A model generated the notes under the pieces. It made no database searches. It was not told the DNA's origin and was given only the letters and a program-made list of their open reading frames with translations. A stretch of DNA of 50,757 bases from the IMG/VR virus record IMGVR_UViG_3300046724_000204. One strand, 5' to 3'. A program made the translations under genes and the position numbers. Positions 18,101 through 24,632 of the stretch are shown in pieces. This DNA comes from a virus. Numbering within the stretch: the stretch's first letter is position 1; the number at the start of each line of letters is the position of its first letter.

Positions 18101-18759
18101 TGCGCTACCGCGCCGATGTCGCCTCGTTCACCCAGGGCGCCTACCCGGCGGCGATCACGCGTGGGCTCTCCGACATCGCCAAGATGTTCGCCGCCGTGTT
18201 CGGCAAGACCCCCGGCACCAACACCGATGTCTATAACGGGCTCTACGCGCTGATCCAGATGATCGCCAAGCCCGGCATGCTGGCGAGCCTCACATGGTTG
18301 GCGCAGCACGTCCCGGAGGGCGGTCCGCTGGCGGCGCTGATCACCGCCGCGTCGGTTGTCGGCACGTCTTCCACCGTCACACGGGGCGCCACCACGATGC
18401 TGGCCGGCGAGCGGGGCACCGCTCTGCCCGATAAGCCCGCCGCCGGGCCGAGGGCGGGAGCGATCCAGTTGCCGTCAGGCCATCCGACATCAGTACACCC
18501 GGCCCGGTCCGGCGCCGGGGCGATCCAGTTACCCGGACCGCGTACCGACAAAGCCGGCACGGGGGCCAGCGCGAGCGGCGGCATGACCAGCATCGCCGCC
18601 GGGGCGCTCGATGATGTCGCGGTGCCCTTGCTCAGGGTGATGCCGCCATGGGGCACCGCCGCCGCCGTGGGGGTGAGCGCCGTCACGGCGTTCGGCGCCA
18701 TTCTCAAACAGGCGCACGAGTACAAGACCCAGGGCGTTCCACCGGAGAAAGCGCGCTGA
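12121..18759 (+). CDS. Giant (2212 aa) multidomain virion protein, polyvalent / ejection-type, with an HExxH metallopeptidase-like motif
   Basis: Uninterrupted ORF ending the late operon. It carries 3 x 20-aa N-terminal repeats (MPDLRDLVPT) and a Gly-zipper hydrophobic segment at nt 12592-12708. A ~230-aa Pro-rich linker follows, then FAHELWHGIDNY (HExxH, nt 15025-15039), a long helical region and C-terminal hydrophobic helices (e.g. FASWTGALTGMAVFLAGTALLY). Confidence 0.6.
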   Translation: MPPDGMPDLRDLVPTRSEDPARSEAMPNLQDLVPTPAPPQARTEVMPDLRDLVPTPPAQATPSPAITTPAGPAAPPGPWMLGETGTPDDTNPLDAPPSTGPHGFGVSLVEGIVDTMSQGRQLARGEAFSDENIPPPVERTLLGKAAYALAPGAVTASGIAVGAAGGAAGGTAVGGPAGGVAGGIAGGIAGGGALGFAQSLIPSYQDARRRGLSHDDAVNEAYKLAAASGVLTGATAPLFAWAPFRSWVGNLLLHTTVTGPAIGATERGLINPAITGQPAPSAEEMASGLLSDIVMGGMFTAGMHGGPALARRFMPDGRPILDVGVPETPPGQGLLTSTPGVAPAPEPPPPGSYGRELFTAPTETAPPVVTPVSGGVPPTMPPPTEPATPPTGPATEQPPIPLQPPARTEPDVSTVQPRPGEPVEPVTLAAPAVPEPPPDQTIQPAPGETARPGLEPTAGPAGTVPVDETQPGGQQPVEPGIAPGVVRPEPAAPASEPQTSRIEPGTELPVPGPVEPVPGPRPAEPAPPAEPTEPSIRGSTPRETFDALTRFNAPDEAYRDMLSTGTKEPLKAGETWRDRAERYVKSLEEPTPTAPRVVKGGPGWDPNKNPVAPGGPLAEPPPSSEPPPAWRAKNRDIPDTLYRGSGREDQTGVYNPAGGTPIPILGPGRYHAFTEERAKKYGPNIEITPNDLRNPLIIRSDEQWKALTKEAGWAFPNPFGLSKEVITRNTQAMRDLVEAKGHDGVIVHWDDSTHLDVDSQGRGIKLLRNVFRDPQAVDYRGTGTAEDTLAKRGFGGQTRTPKAPGTPDPLPKRVGAAPRVAPEPVPEPGRAPTLEDYNYSRDVSMHRQAFHDALAGTGEDPRTAANKPMPEQIALLSKAVKDKYGFTDVTVRPGAEPRIVRDQLLNMHQNMQNMAHALGWAPEVMSLDRLVNLDLVPRQFDGGHWMGRYQWGGNTKTIQISGGSNSFAHELWHGIDNYLSDVLNKNPNKQALFTRSARAGELDPAQDPVQAAFAHVLNTMSHGSGEILLRRLILEQTAKQVNKAGQPTKRAVDARAMLDRLNAAATGGLRIPDSDFVKQAKGLPQPRYHASVEELFARMAEAYTAYKMVQAGVPDTAGVAKSDQAYQDETIRYLREAYPDPGDRLRQFAAMDNLVYEMQRAAVLNHGHAPAQRASTARTLAMWHDRPPDIGPGFMAALRADMAALRPDRLLNSDHDQIVFPKDREPPPPTWNTRTGVARPKNAGERMGDAAGGWFLSVMGNLERWRKQLPPGARPYLTQILDRVGVSHEGRLQPMTFEERYRHPSRKKSAELSDAFRDSGLVNRVGRIYTSKADDEMIWHTLTTGEHTYPTNHLDPNGPRVPIPGKILDFAEKARPILDAMHKMADDAGLKVGHASEGGGYAPRTYDDHKILGHEGEYRRDMTEVVKIIFNNDIDAVPDAEQPARLHQWWRGVGEAVRDDPMLDPKIRDAMETLGKNLTRIKNIEAELAAGPGGPGVNPTTHDPVKLNADRLTLIDENQQIFGAFRNRVRDHYAPIEAKNRFDRIAKGDISNWETFGPKSQFLKGRTLPPEADRILRNWMIQKPREGLLNYIHGMSQKVAYHEIFGETGGEIEKLIQHMVDAGAHRTITDEISRAVELLTGRALRDVDNATNTITNTVAALGTMMLLPGASITALGEPAATLINGGNMRQLVRTYTNLVGQILRTAKGAERMAAVRYIGGVIDSMQSSAAANRFQDYSGTPRIASLVNGFMELAMGKMIRHLRAAGLDAGSRHLMPLLLKYATEPAKGDYELNRQDDAQRMLREWGVPDRRMAELRDFLDQAGGPPTPAQIAAAGRVGELYEFAANRMLDRFNQDPSPAEKPVGGMKNPVLRMMFGLTSFIYTFFRHTMIPWLEKAGHARQRQFDRSTEAGDRFPNMQAEAARFASWTGALTGMAVFLAGTALLYSVRTFFLSHQVWQKHAEAGDLLPWLISGAISQSGIAGPPDIILQGLVGLRYRADVASFTQGAYPAAITRGLSDIAKMFAAVFGKTPGTNTDVYNGLYALIQMIAKPGMLASLTWLAQHVPEGGPLAALITAASVVGTSSTVTRGATTMLAGERGTALPDKPAAGPRAGAIQLPSGHPTSVHPARSGAGAIQLPGPRTDKAGTGASASGGMTSIAAGALDDVAVPLLRVMPPWGTAAAVGVSAVTAFGAILKQAHEYKTQGVPPEKAR
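12136..12315 (+). repeat. Three tandem 60-nt (20-aa) repeats at the 5' end of the giant gene
   Basis: ATGCC(T/G)(G/A)A(T/C)CT(T/C)C(G/A)(T/G)GACCTCGT(C/G/A)CC starts at 12136, 12196 and 12256. It encodes MPDLRDLVPT / MPNLQDLVPT / MPDLRDLVPT. Confidence 0.85.
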
Positions 18760-18847
18760 ACCGCTGTCGGGTGTTGCGTTCTCGAAAAACAGATCGTAAC
18801 GATAAAACCGTGTCTTATCAACGGTAATGCGTTACGTATGTGTCACA

Positions 18848-19099
18848 GTGCCAAAATCCGGCACAAAACACCGTGGGGTGTCGTCACAAAACACCATATG
18901 GTTCAACAGCTTACGGCCATAATGTTGGTTATCGTGACAGAATGCAAAGATTTGCGACTAAGCAACAAAGCCAACATGTTGGTTTGTTGGTTTTCCTGGA
19001 AATCCCTGATGTATCCTGGCCTTTTCGGTGTGTTGCGTAAAGCGTGTAGCTATGGTCAAGGGGGTGTATCAGGTGGTGTTTTGTGCCGGATTTCGGCAC
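18848..19099. repeat. 25-bp inverted repeat (24/25) bracketing about 200 bp of AT-rich, palindrome-rich non-coding DNA
   Basis: GTGCCAAAATCCGGCACAAAACACC (18848-18872) versus GGTGTTTTGTGCCGGATTTCGGCAC (19075-19099). Each arm is itself a GTGCC-N7-GGCAC hairpin. CACAAAACACC recurs at 18885-18895. Internal palindromes are CCAACATGTTGG (18971-18982) and GCAAAGATTTGC (18944-18955). Confidence 0.85.
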
Positions 19100-19188
19100 T
19101 AAATTTAAGTTTGTATCGCGAAAATCCAATGGCCACGGGCCTCGCCGGGCCGAGTGCCGAAGTCAGTGCTGAAAAATATTGTTGGGTT

Positions 19189-21153
19189 TCAGGCGTCTTT
19201 CCGGTAGCGCCGGCCAATGGTCGCGGCGGCGGCGACGGGCAGTCCCGGCGCCCAGGAAGGGCACCGGTTCATCGCTCGTGACAGCCACGCTTTGGCGTCC
19301 TCGGCGCGATCCTCGGGGACCTCGGCTATGAGTTCGTCATGCACCGTCGCGATCAGGGGAGGCCCGGCGCGATGCACCCGGATGATCGCCTCGCACATCA
19401 CGTCGCGGGCGATGGCCTGGACCAGATTTTCCACGAGCTTGCCGGGCCAGGACCGCACCCAGGCCCAGCGCCCCTGTTCGACGCCCCGGTAGACGAACTC
19501 CAGGTGACCGTGCTCGGGGTGCCGGCGGACCTGGGGCTCGCGGTAGACCAAAGCCCGTCCGCTCGGCAGGGTGATATCCAGGCTCTGGGACCGATGGCTG
19601 AAAGTCATGCCCCGGAAAGTCACGGCTGATCCCACCGGACCCGAAGCCACGGCCAACGCGATCTTGTGCGCTTCCCACCACAGTCGCACCACGCGATGGT
19701 TCAGACCGCGCCAGCCGGCGACGGCGTCCTCGGCCTCGCCCTCGGTGAGGCTCACGCCGAAGCCCCGCGCGGTGTCGCGGAACCGCCTCGGTCCCATGCC
19801 GAACCCCGTCGCCAGGACCAGGACCTTGCCAAACTGGCGGTTGTCGGAGCCCAGCGACTTCGCCGTGTAGGTGTAGACATCCTCGTCCCGGCGGAACAAC
19901 TCGACCACGTCATCCTGCCCGGCCAGCCAGACCAGTACCCGGGCCTCGATCTGGGATAAATCACAAGATACCAGCATATGCCCTGGCGCCGCCTCGATGA
20001 CGGATCTGAGCATCGAGGCGAGACAGCCCATGGGTGAGTCCTCGAACAGTAAATCCAGATCCTCGACCCCGGCCCCGGCGTTGACCACGTCCACCGCGCC
20101 ATGCACGTCCTTGATCGTACCCCTCGGGAAGTTCTGCCATTGCACGCCCCGGCCCGCCCAGCGGCCCGTCCTGTTCGCACCGTAATACTGGAACCCGCCC
20201 CGGACCCGGTCGTCAGCCGAGACCCGGTTGGCGATGGTGACGAGCTTGGCGGTGCTGCTGCGAGACACGTCCTGGCGGCAGCGCAGGACGGCCTGGACGT
20301 GGCGGGGGAGCCCGGGACGGGTCAGCATGGCTTCGACCGCCTCGCGCCCCAGGGTGGGTCTCGGGGGCTTGCCATGGCCCGGGTCCAGCATGGGCACGGC
20401 GATCTGGTTCTCTTCCAGCCACGCCACGAGTTTGCCCACCTGAGCGCCGGACGTGATCCGGCCATTGGTGAGCCGGTTCAGGCGCGCGTTGATGCGCAGC
20501 TTCTCGGCGCCGGACAGGGTGCGCATGCGCTCCACCAGGGGGAGATCCACCCGTACGCCGCGTTGATTGATGTGGTGATCGGCGATGAAGATCTCGTACT
20601 CGCGGGGGCTCAACTCCGGGACCGCCCGGTCAAGCTCGCGTTCCGCCGCCACGTCCTGGGCGCAGTACGACACCAGGGCCGCGAACCGCGTCGGGTCGGT
20701 CTCGTGCCACCACGTCAAGGGATGCAGGCTCCGGGGCCTCGCGAAGCGCAACATCATATCCCGGGCGGAACTGTCTTTCTGGATGCTCAGCCCCAGCGCG
20801 TGGCCTGCCAGTTCGAGGGAAGCGGGCAGGCCGGCGACCAAAGCGCGGGCCATGGTGCAGGACCATTGCTGGAGATAGATCGGCGGGAACCCCAGCGGGA
20901 CCAGTTTCGCCGCCCAGATATTCAGTTCGAACAAGTAATTATGCGCGACTACCGCGCACATGGAGACAATCGCCGCGCGCAGATCGTCGGGACAGGAACC
21001 GCCGGTCCAGGTCTGTATCGGTCCCTGGTCAAGGGCGTAACAAAGCACGGTGACCCGGGTGCTCGGGTCGCTCGCATACCGATGCACGCCCACGACCCGT
21101 AGATCGGTCTCGGACGCGGTTTCCAGGTCAATAACCACTCGGGTCCCGGACAT
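19189..21153 (-). CDS. Family-A DNA polymerase with 3'-5' exonuclease domain
   Basis: VIDLETAS (Exo I), LVSCDLSQIEARVL (motif A), RQFGKVLVLATGFGMG (motif B), ATVHDELIAEV (motif C). 654 aa. Confidence 0.9.
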   Translation of the reverse strand: MSGTRVVIDLETASETDLRVVGVHRYASDPSTRVTVLCYALDQGPIQTWTGGSCPDDLRAAIVSMCAVVAHNYLFELNIWAAKLVPLGFPPIYLQQWSCTMARALVAGLPASLELAGHALGLSIQKDSSARDMMLRFARPRSLHPLTWWHETDPTRFAALVSYCAQDVAAERELDRAVPELSPREYEIFIADHHINQRGVRVDLPLVERMRTLSGAEKLRINARLNRLTNGRITSGAQVGKLVAWLEENQIAVPMLDPGHGKPPRPTLGREAVEAMLTRPGLPRHVQAVLRCRQDVSRSSTAKLVTIANRVSADDRVRGGFQYYGANRTGRWAGRGVQWQNFPRGTIKDVHGAVDVVNAGAGVEDLDLLFEDSPMGCLASMLRSVIEAAPGHMLVSCDLSQIEARVLVWLAGQDDVVELFRRDEDVYTYTAKSLGSDNRQFGKVLVLATGFGMGPRRFRDTARGFGVSLTEGEAEDAVAGWRGLNHRVVRLWWEAHKIALAVASGPVGSAVTFRGMTFSHRSQSLDITLPSGRALVYREPQVRRHPEHGHLEFVYRGVEQGRWAWVRSWPGKLVENLVQAIARDVMCEAIIRVHRAGPPLIATVHDELIAEVPEDRAEDAKAWLSRAMNRCPSWAPGLPVAAAATIGRRYRKDA

Positions 21154-21156
21154 GAC

Positions 21157-21597
21157 TCAGTCCAGACTTCGTAATCGCCGCGCGGTGTCTGAAAGGGTAT
21201 CGATGATCGAGTTGATTTCGTTCATGCGTGGCGAGCCTGGTACCCCACTCTCGGCGGACCTCAGTCTCCGCGTGATATGATCAAGCTGAACCGCTTCTTT
21301 CTCCAGGTAATCTTTGTCGAGGTCCCCCACCAGCGCGAGCCCATGCTCGGTCAGGAAAGTTTTCAGTTCCACGAGTGAGACCTTACCGAAGTTAGGTATC
21401 CGCAACAACTCAGCGGAGGACCATGCCGTGATCTCTCGCCAGGTCCGGGCGGTTTTTGGGTTCGGGGGGTCCCAATCCGCATAGTATTCGAGATGCGACA
21501 ACGTATTACGGGTCCGCGTGGTCAGCGTCCCAATGGGGTTAAGCATTCCGTTGGTGTCACGCCAGCTAATTGGCGCATCAGGGTCAAGCTGTTTCAT
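21157..21597 (-). CDS. RNA polymerase alpha-subunit C-terminal-domain (alpha-CTD)-like helix-hairpin-helix protein
   Basis: TRTRNTLSHLEYY...WSSAELLRIPNFGKVSLVELKTFLTEHGLAL parallels the E. coli RpoA CTD segment VRSANCLKAE...[29 protein letters not shown]. ATGA overlap with the upstream gene. Confidence 0.6.
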   Translation of the reverse strand: MKQLDPDAPISWRDTNGMLNPIGTLTTRTRNTLSHLEYYADWDPPNPKTARTWREITAWSSAELLRIPNFGKVSLVELKTFLTEHGLALVGDLDKDYLEKEAVQLDHITRRLRSAESGVPGSPRMNEINSIIDTLSDTARRLRSLD

Positions 21598-21857
21598 GCC
21601 GGCGGTTCCACGGTACGCGGCGGGATGGACGGCTCACCGGTCCAGGCGGCACGCAGCTGCTCGACCAGTCGGCACTCGTTCCATAAGTGAAATACAGGTC
21701 CCTGACCCAGGATCTTCATGGCGTCGGGTAAGGACGTGTCCCAGGGAGGGGCACCCTCCCGGAGCGACGCCCGCAGCCCGTGGTGCGCCACCAGCAGGTC
21801 ATCGATGGCGCGGGCCAGCCTGGGCAGATCGGTGATGATGATCGGGTTCATACTCAT
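21594..21857 (-). CDS. Hypothetical protein (87 aa)
   Basis: ORF 21594..22040 trimmed to ATG 21857. The longer version overlaps the SSB gene and is R-rich. ATGA coupling at both ends. Confidence 0.45.
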   Translation of the reverse strand: MSMNPIIITDLPRLARAIDDLLVAHHGLRASLREGAPPWDTSLPDAMKILGQGPVFHLWNECRLVEQLRAAWTGEPSIPPRTVEPPA

Positions 21858-21931
21858 ACCGTGAGCCCCAGCCAGAGCAATGTCATGGCCAGTATCACCA
21901 GGGCGACGACGCCCATGAGGATCTCGTGCAT
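21854..21931 (-). CDS. Candidate 25-aa single-pass membrane micro-protein
   Basis: Not in the ORF track because it is under 60 aa. Minus-strand ATG at 21931 overlaps the SSB stop (TGATG), and the stop at 21856-21854 overlaps the next start (ATGA). Translation MHEILMGVVALVILAMTLLWLGLTV is one hydrophobic helix. Confidence 0.35.
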   Translation of the reverse strand: MHEILMGVVALVILAMTLLWLGLTV

Positions 21932-22509
21932 CAGAACGGCGCCTCGTCTTCATCGTCCTCGTCGTAGCCGCCCTCGCCCGCGCCGTACGGGTCGAACTCG
22001 TCCTTCGCTTTCTTGCGGTCATCCAGGCGGGGACCGTCAACTCTGCAAATCTGCACGTTGTTGAGGTTGAAGTTCACGCCCTTGTTGCCGGACACGTCGT
22101 ACGCGAAGGGCCGGACCGTGGCGCGGGCCATCTGCCCCGGCCACACGTCGCCCGGGACCGTGATGTCCTGGAGCCGGGCGTCCACCACGCCGGGGCGATC
22201 CTTGCTCCAGGGCTGAATGTATATGCCCCCGACCATTTCCTCGTAGCCCTTGGTTTTCTTGGCCTGGGTGCGGCGGAAGGGTGAACGTATGGACGCCACG
22301 AAGTCCTTGTCCCGGGACTTGCCGGCGCCCCACATGTCGTCGATGGCGGCACCCACGGCCTTCCTGAGTTCGAGAAACGCGGGGTCCTTCTGCGCCGCCT
22401 GATCAAACAAGAGCGCGCAGCTGAAGCGTGGATCGGCGCCCGGCGCCGCCGGGCGAGCCACGAAAAGATGCGGATACGAAAGCAAGGCGATGGGCGTGCG
22501 TACAGCCAT
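21931..22509 (-). CDS. ssb: Single-stranded DNA-binding protein (T7 gp2.5 / DUF2815-like)
   Basis: Start set to ATG 22509 (GGAG 8 nt upstream); the ORF track starts at GTG 22518. OB-fold-like body and an acidic C-terminal tail ending in an aromatic residue (GGYDEDDEDEAPF), typical of SSBs. Sits next to the PD-(D/E)XK nuclease and PolA, as in the known DUF2800/DUF2815/PolA module. Confidence 0.75.
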   Translation of the reverse strand: MAVRTPIALLSYPHLFVARPAAPGADPRFSCALLFDQAAQKDPAFLELRKAVGAAIDDMWGAGKSRDKDFVASIRSPFRRTQAKKTKGYEEMVGGIYIQPWSKDRPGVVDARLQDITVPGDVWPGQMARATVRPFAYDVSGNKGVNFNLNNVQICRVDGPRLDDRKKAKDEFDPYGAGEGGYDEDDEDEAPF

Positions 22510-22586
22510 GGTGGTCACTCCATTCAGGGTTCCAGATCGGAGAAGCCGGGGGAAACGGAGAAGCGGAGAAGATGGTTACTCGTCGC

Positions 22587-22796
22587 TCAGCGGATGCCCT
22601 CGATGCTCACGCGTTCAGCGACTTCATGTTTCAACCGTGTATGCGCTTCGAGTCGGATAGCTTCCGCGATCAGTTCATCCAGCATGTCGATCACGGTGTC
22701 GGTGCCCCACGCGTCAACCGGCAGATGAAGGCGCTCACGGTACTTCCGCCGTCCACACAGCCAGATCGTGAGGTTGCTCAGTTCCTCACTCAACAT
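22587..22796 (-). CDS. Hypothetical protein (69 aa)
   Basis: ORF 22587..23075 trimmed to ATG 22796 (MLSEELSNLTIWL...), overlapping the upstream nuclease gene by 11 nt. The longer version lies inside the nuclease gene. Confidence 0.4.
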   Translation of the reverse strand: MLSEELSNLTIWLCGRRKYRERLHLPVDAWGTDTVIDMLDELIAEAIRLEAHTRLKHEVAERVSIEGIR

Positions 22797-23973
22797 GTCC
22801 GACCTCCTCGAAGTCCAGACCTCCGGGGGCGGTGCGGGCCAGTTTGGTCCCGGAGGATTTGCTCTCGACATAGGGCGTCGCCAGCCGCCACGCATCGGAC
22901 GATTTACCCACGAGCTTCTCCACCTGCGCGGGGCTGCGCAGTTTTCGCTCCCAGATATCGAAACCGGCCAGGAGCGTTTCGATGGCCGACGTATCACTCC
23001 ACCGCCGGGTGGGACGCGTCGGTACCTCGGCCCAGCCCGGCACCCGCAGGCCCTCCTTGATACGCAGCAGGCCAAACCCTTTCATCGCCTCGGCCCAGAG
23101 CGTGACTTTCTCGGCCAGGGATAAACGCTCCGAGACCACGTCGGCCTCACTGGTGTCGTCGAACTGGGTCCGCGCGGCTTCGCGGGCGGCGTCGAGCAAC
23201 GCGGGACAGGCGTGCGCCACGGGACAGAACCGGCACCAGGCGCCCGTCACATAGGGCGCGGCGGGGTCCTCGCAGGCGCGCACCGCCGGGATTAATACTT
23301 CGGCCACCCACATCGCCACGTCCAAGGTCGTCAGGTCCTGCGACCTGATCTTTTCCGGGTCCCGCACGTTCGGCTGCACGACGGTGAGTTTGATGCGCGA
23401 GGGCCACATCCCTTGCTCGGCCAGTTCGGCCAGCACGCCCGCCCCGTAATACATGAGTTGCATGTTATCGGTGACATTGACCAAAACGCCGGAACCATTT
23501 TTGTAGTCAACGATCTCCACGAAGTCCTCGGTGTGGAACTGGACATCACAACGCCCGAACATCGTCACGGGCGGCGGTGCCGCGCCAAAGTAACTGTCCA
23601 GGAACACGGTCTTCTCAACCCGGGGCGAGACCTTGAGTTCAGCCTGACGGCGCAGGACATACTCCAGCATCACCCGCACACCACCCGTCAGGTCCTCGTC
23701 CACGGTGATATCGTAGCCATCGACCGAAACCACGATGCCCTCGTTGCGGCGCAGTTCGCTGAACGGATCACCCACGTTGCCCATTTCGGTGACGGCCTGT
23801 TCGAGCAGTGTATGCGCGACGGTCCCCGTGGCGGCATGAATGGTGGGCGCCTTGTGGCGTTCCCGCCGGGAGAGGTTGAAGCTACCGGGACAATGCGCCC
23901 AGCGGTCCATGCCCGACGCGCCCAGTTCGGAGTGCGCCGGCAGCGGTTCGTCCTCGATGATGTGCGCGTCCAT
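22786..23973 (-). CDS. PD-(D/E)XK (Cas4/RecB-like, DUF2800-type) nuclease with Cys cluster
   Basis: Trimmed to ATG 23973, 2 nt after the upstream stop. Has RCDVQFHTEDFVEIVDYKNG (D...E-x-K core). An N-terminal Cys (WAHCPGS) plus C-terminal WCRFCPVAHACP gives the Cas4-like four-Cys pattern. Confidence 0.8.
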   Translation of the reverse strand: MDAHIIEDEPLPAHSELGASGMDRWAHCPGSFNLSRRERHKAPTIHAATGTVAHTLLEQAVTEMGNVGDPFSELRRNEGIVVSVDGYDITVDEDLTGGVRVMLEYVLRRQAELKVSPRVEKTVFLDSYFGAAPPPVTMFGRCDVQFHTEDFVEIVDYKNGSGVLVNVTDNMQLMYYGAGVLAELAEQGMWPSRIKLTVVQPNVRDPEKIRSQDLTTLDVAMWVAEVLIPAVRACEDPAAPYVTGAWCRFCPVAHACPALLDAAREAARTQFDDTSEADVVSERLSLAEKVTLWAEAMKGFGLLRIKEGLRVPGWAEVPTRPTRRWSDTSAIETLLAGFDIWERKLRSPAQVEKLVGKSSDAWRLATPYVESKSSGTKLARTAPGGLDFEEVGHVE

Positions 23974-23975
23974 GC

Positions 23976-24632
23976 TCAGAGCCCCGGCGGGATCTTGATT
24001 TGCAAGGTCCGCGCCAGATCCAGGGACTGCTTCCACAGACCCGGCGCGGCATCCAATGGCAGATCGATGAACTTGGATACCTTGTAGGTCTTCTGGAGCG
24101 CCTTCACCGCCTCGGCACCGCCGTTGGCGAAACATTGACGTAACAAAACAATACTCCCGTCCATGCACTCCTTGGGCGTGCGCACACGCTCCACGGGTTC
24201 GGGATCTGGTTTGGACGGTAAGGGCGCGTCTTCGGTGTCATCACCAAAAGGATCGCCCGTACCAGGACCAGCGGAGCCAGATCCCAGAAGCGGATCATCG
24301 ACCTCGGCGCCGTTGGTGGTCCCGGCGGCTTTGGCGTCAGCCTCGGCCTTCTCCCGGGCGGCACGGCGTTCGGCGGTGCGGTCCCGGACACGTTTGGGCG
24401 GGGCCTGCGTTGTTGATGCCAATGGCTTCGGGGCCACCGGAGCGGGCTCGTCATCCAGTTCCAGGTCATCCCCGGGATCAGGTCCCGGCTCGGGCGACAG
24501 CACGGTGGTGGAAACGCCACGCTTACTCAGTTCAGTCGCGAGATATGAAAACGTGTCCAGCACGCGCCCGGCCTCCCCAGGGCGTGTCGGATCGAAGGTC
24601 AGACTAATCGTCGCCGTGATACCGTCAGACAT
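23976..24632 (-). CDS. Hypothetical replication-module protein (218 aa)
   Basis: Trimmed to ATG 24632 (MSDGITATISL...), overlapping the SNF2 stop by 8 nt. Has a central acidic/Pro-rich linker. No family recognised. Confidence 0.5.
   Translation of the reverse strand: MSDGITATISLTFDPTRPGEAGRVLDTFSYLATELSKRGVSTTVLSPEPGPDPGDDLELDDEPAPVAPKPLASTTQAPPKRVRDRTAERRAAREKAEADAKAAGTTNGAEVDDPLLGSGSAGPGTGDPFGDDTEDAPLPSKPDPEPVERVRTPKECMDGSIVLLRQCFANGGAEAVKALQKTYKVSKFIDLPLDAAPGLWKQSLDLARTLQIKIPPGL

Noticed and set aside
18848-19099. The 252-bp element bounded by 25-bp inverted repeats as a MITE
   Set aside because: I found no target-site duplication at the flanks (…GTCACA / TAAATT…) and no second copy in the genome. 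It remains a possible alternative reading of the region reported in the findings but cannot be supported.
18838-19281. 147-aa plus-strand ORF (and the 66-aa ORFs on both strands) in the AT-rich convergent intergenic region
   Set aside because: The composition is odd (C/W/H-rich) and there is no RBS. It runs into the 3' end of the polymerase gene on the opposite strand, and the region is dominated by inverted repeats. I cannot support a coding call.
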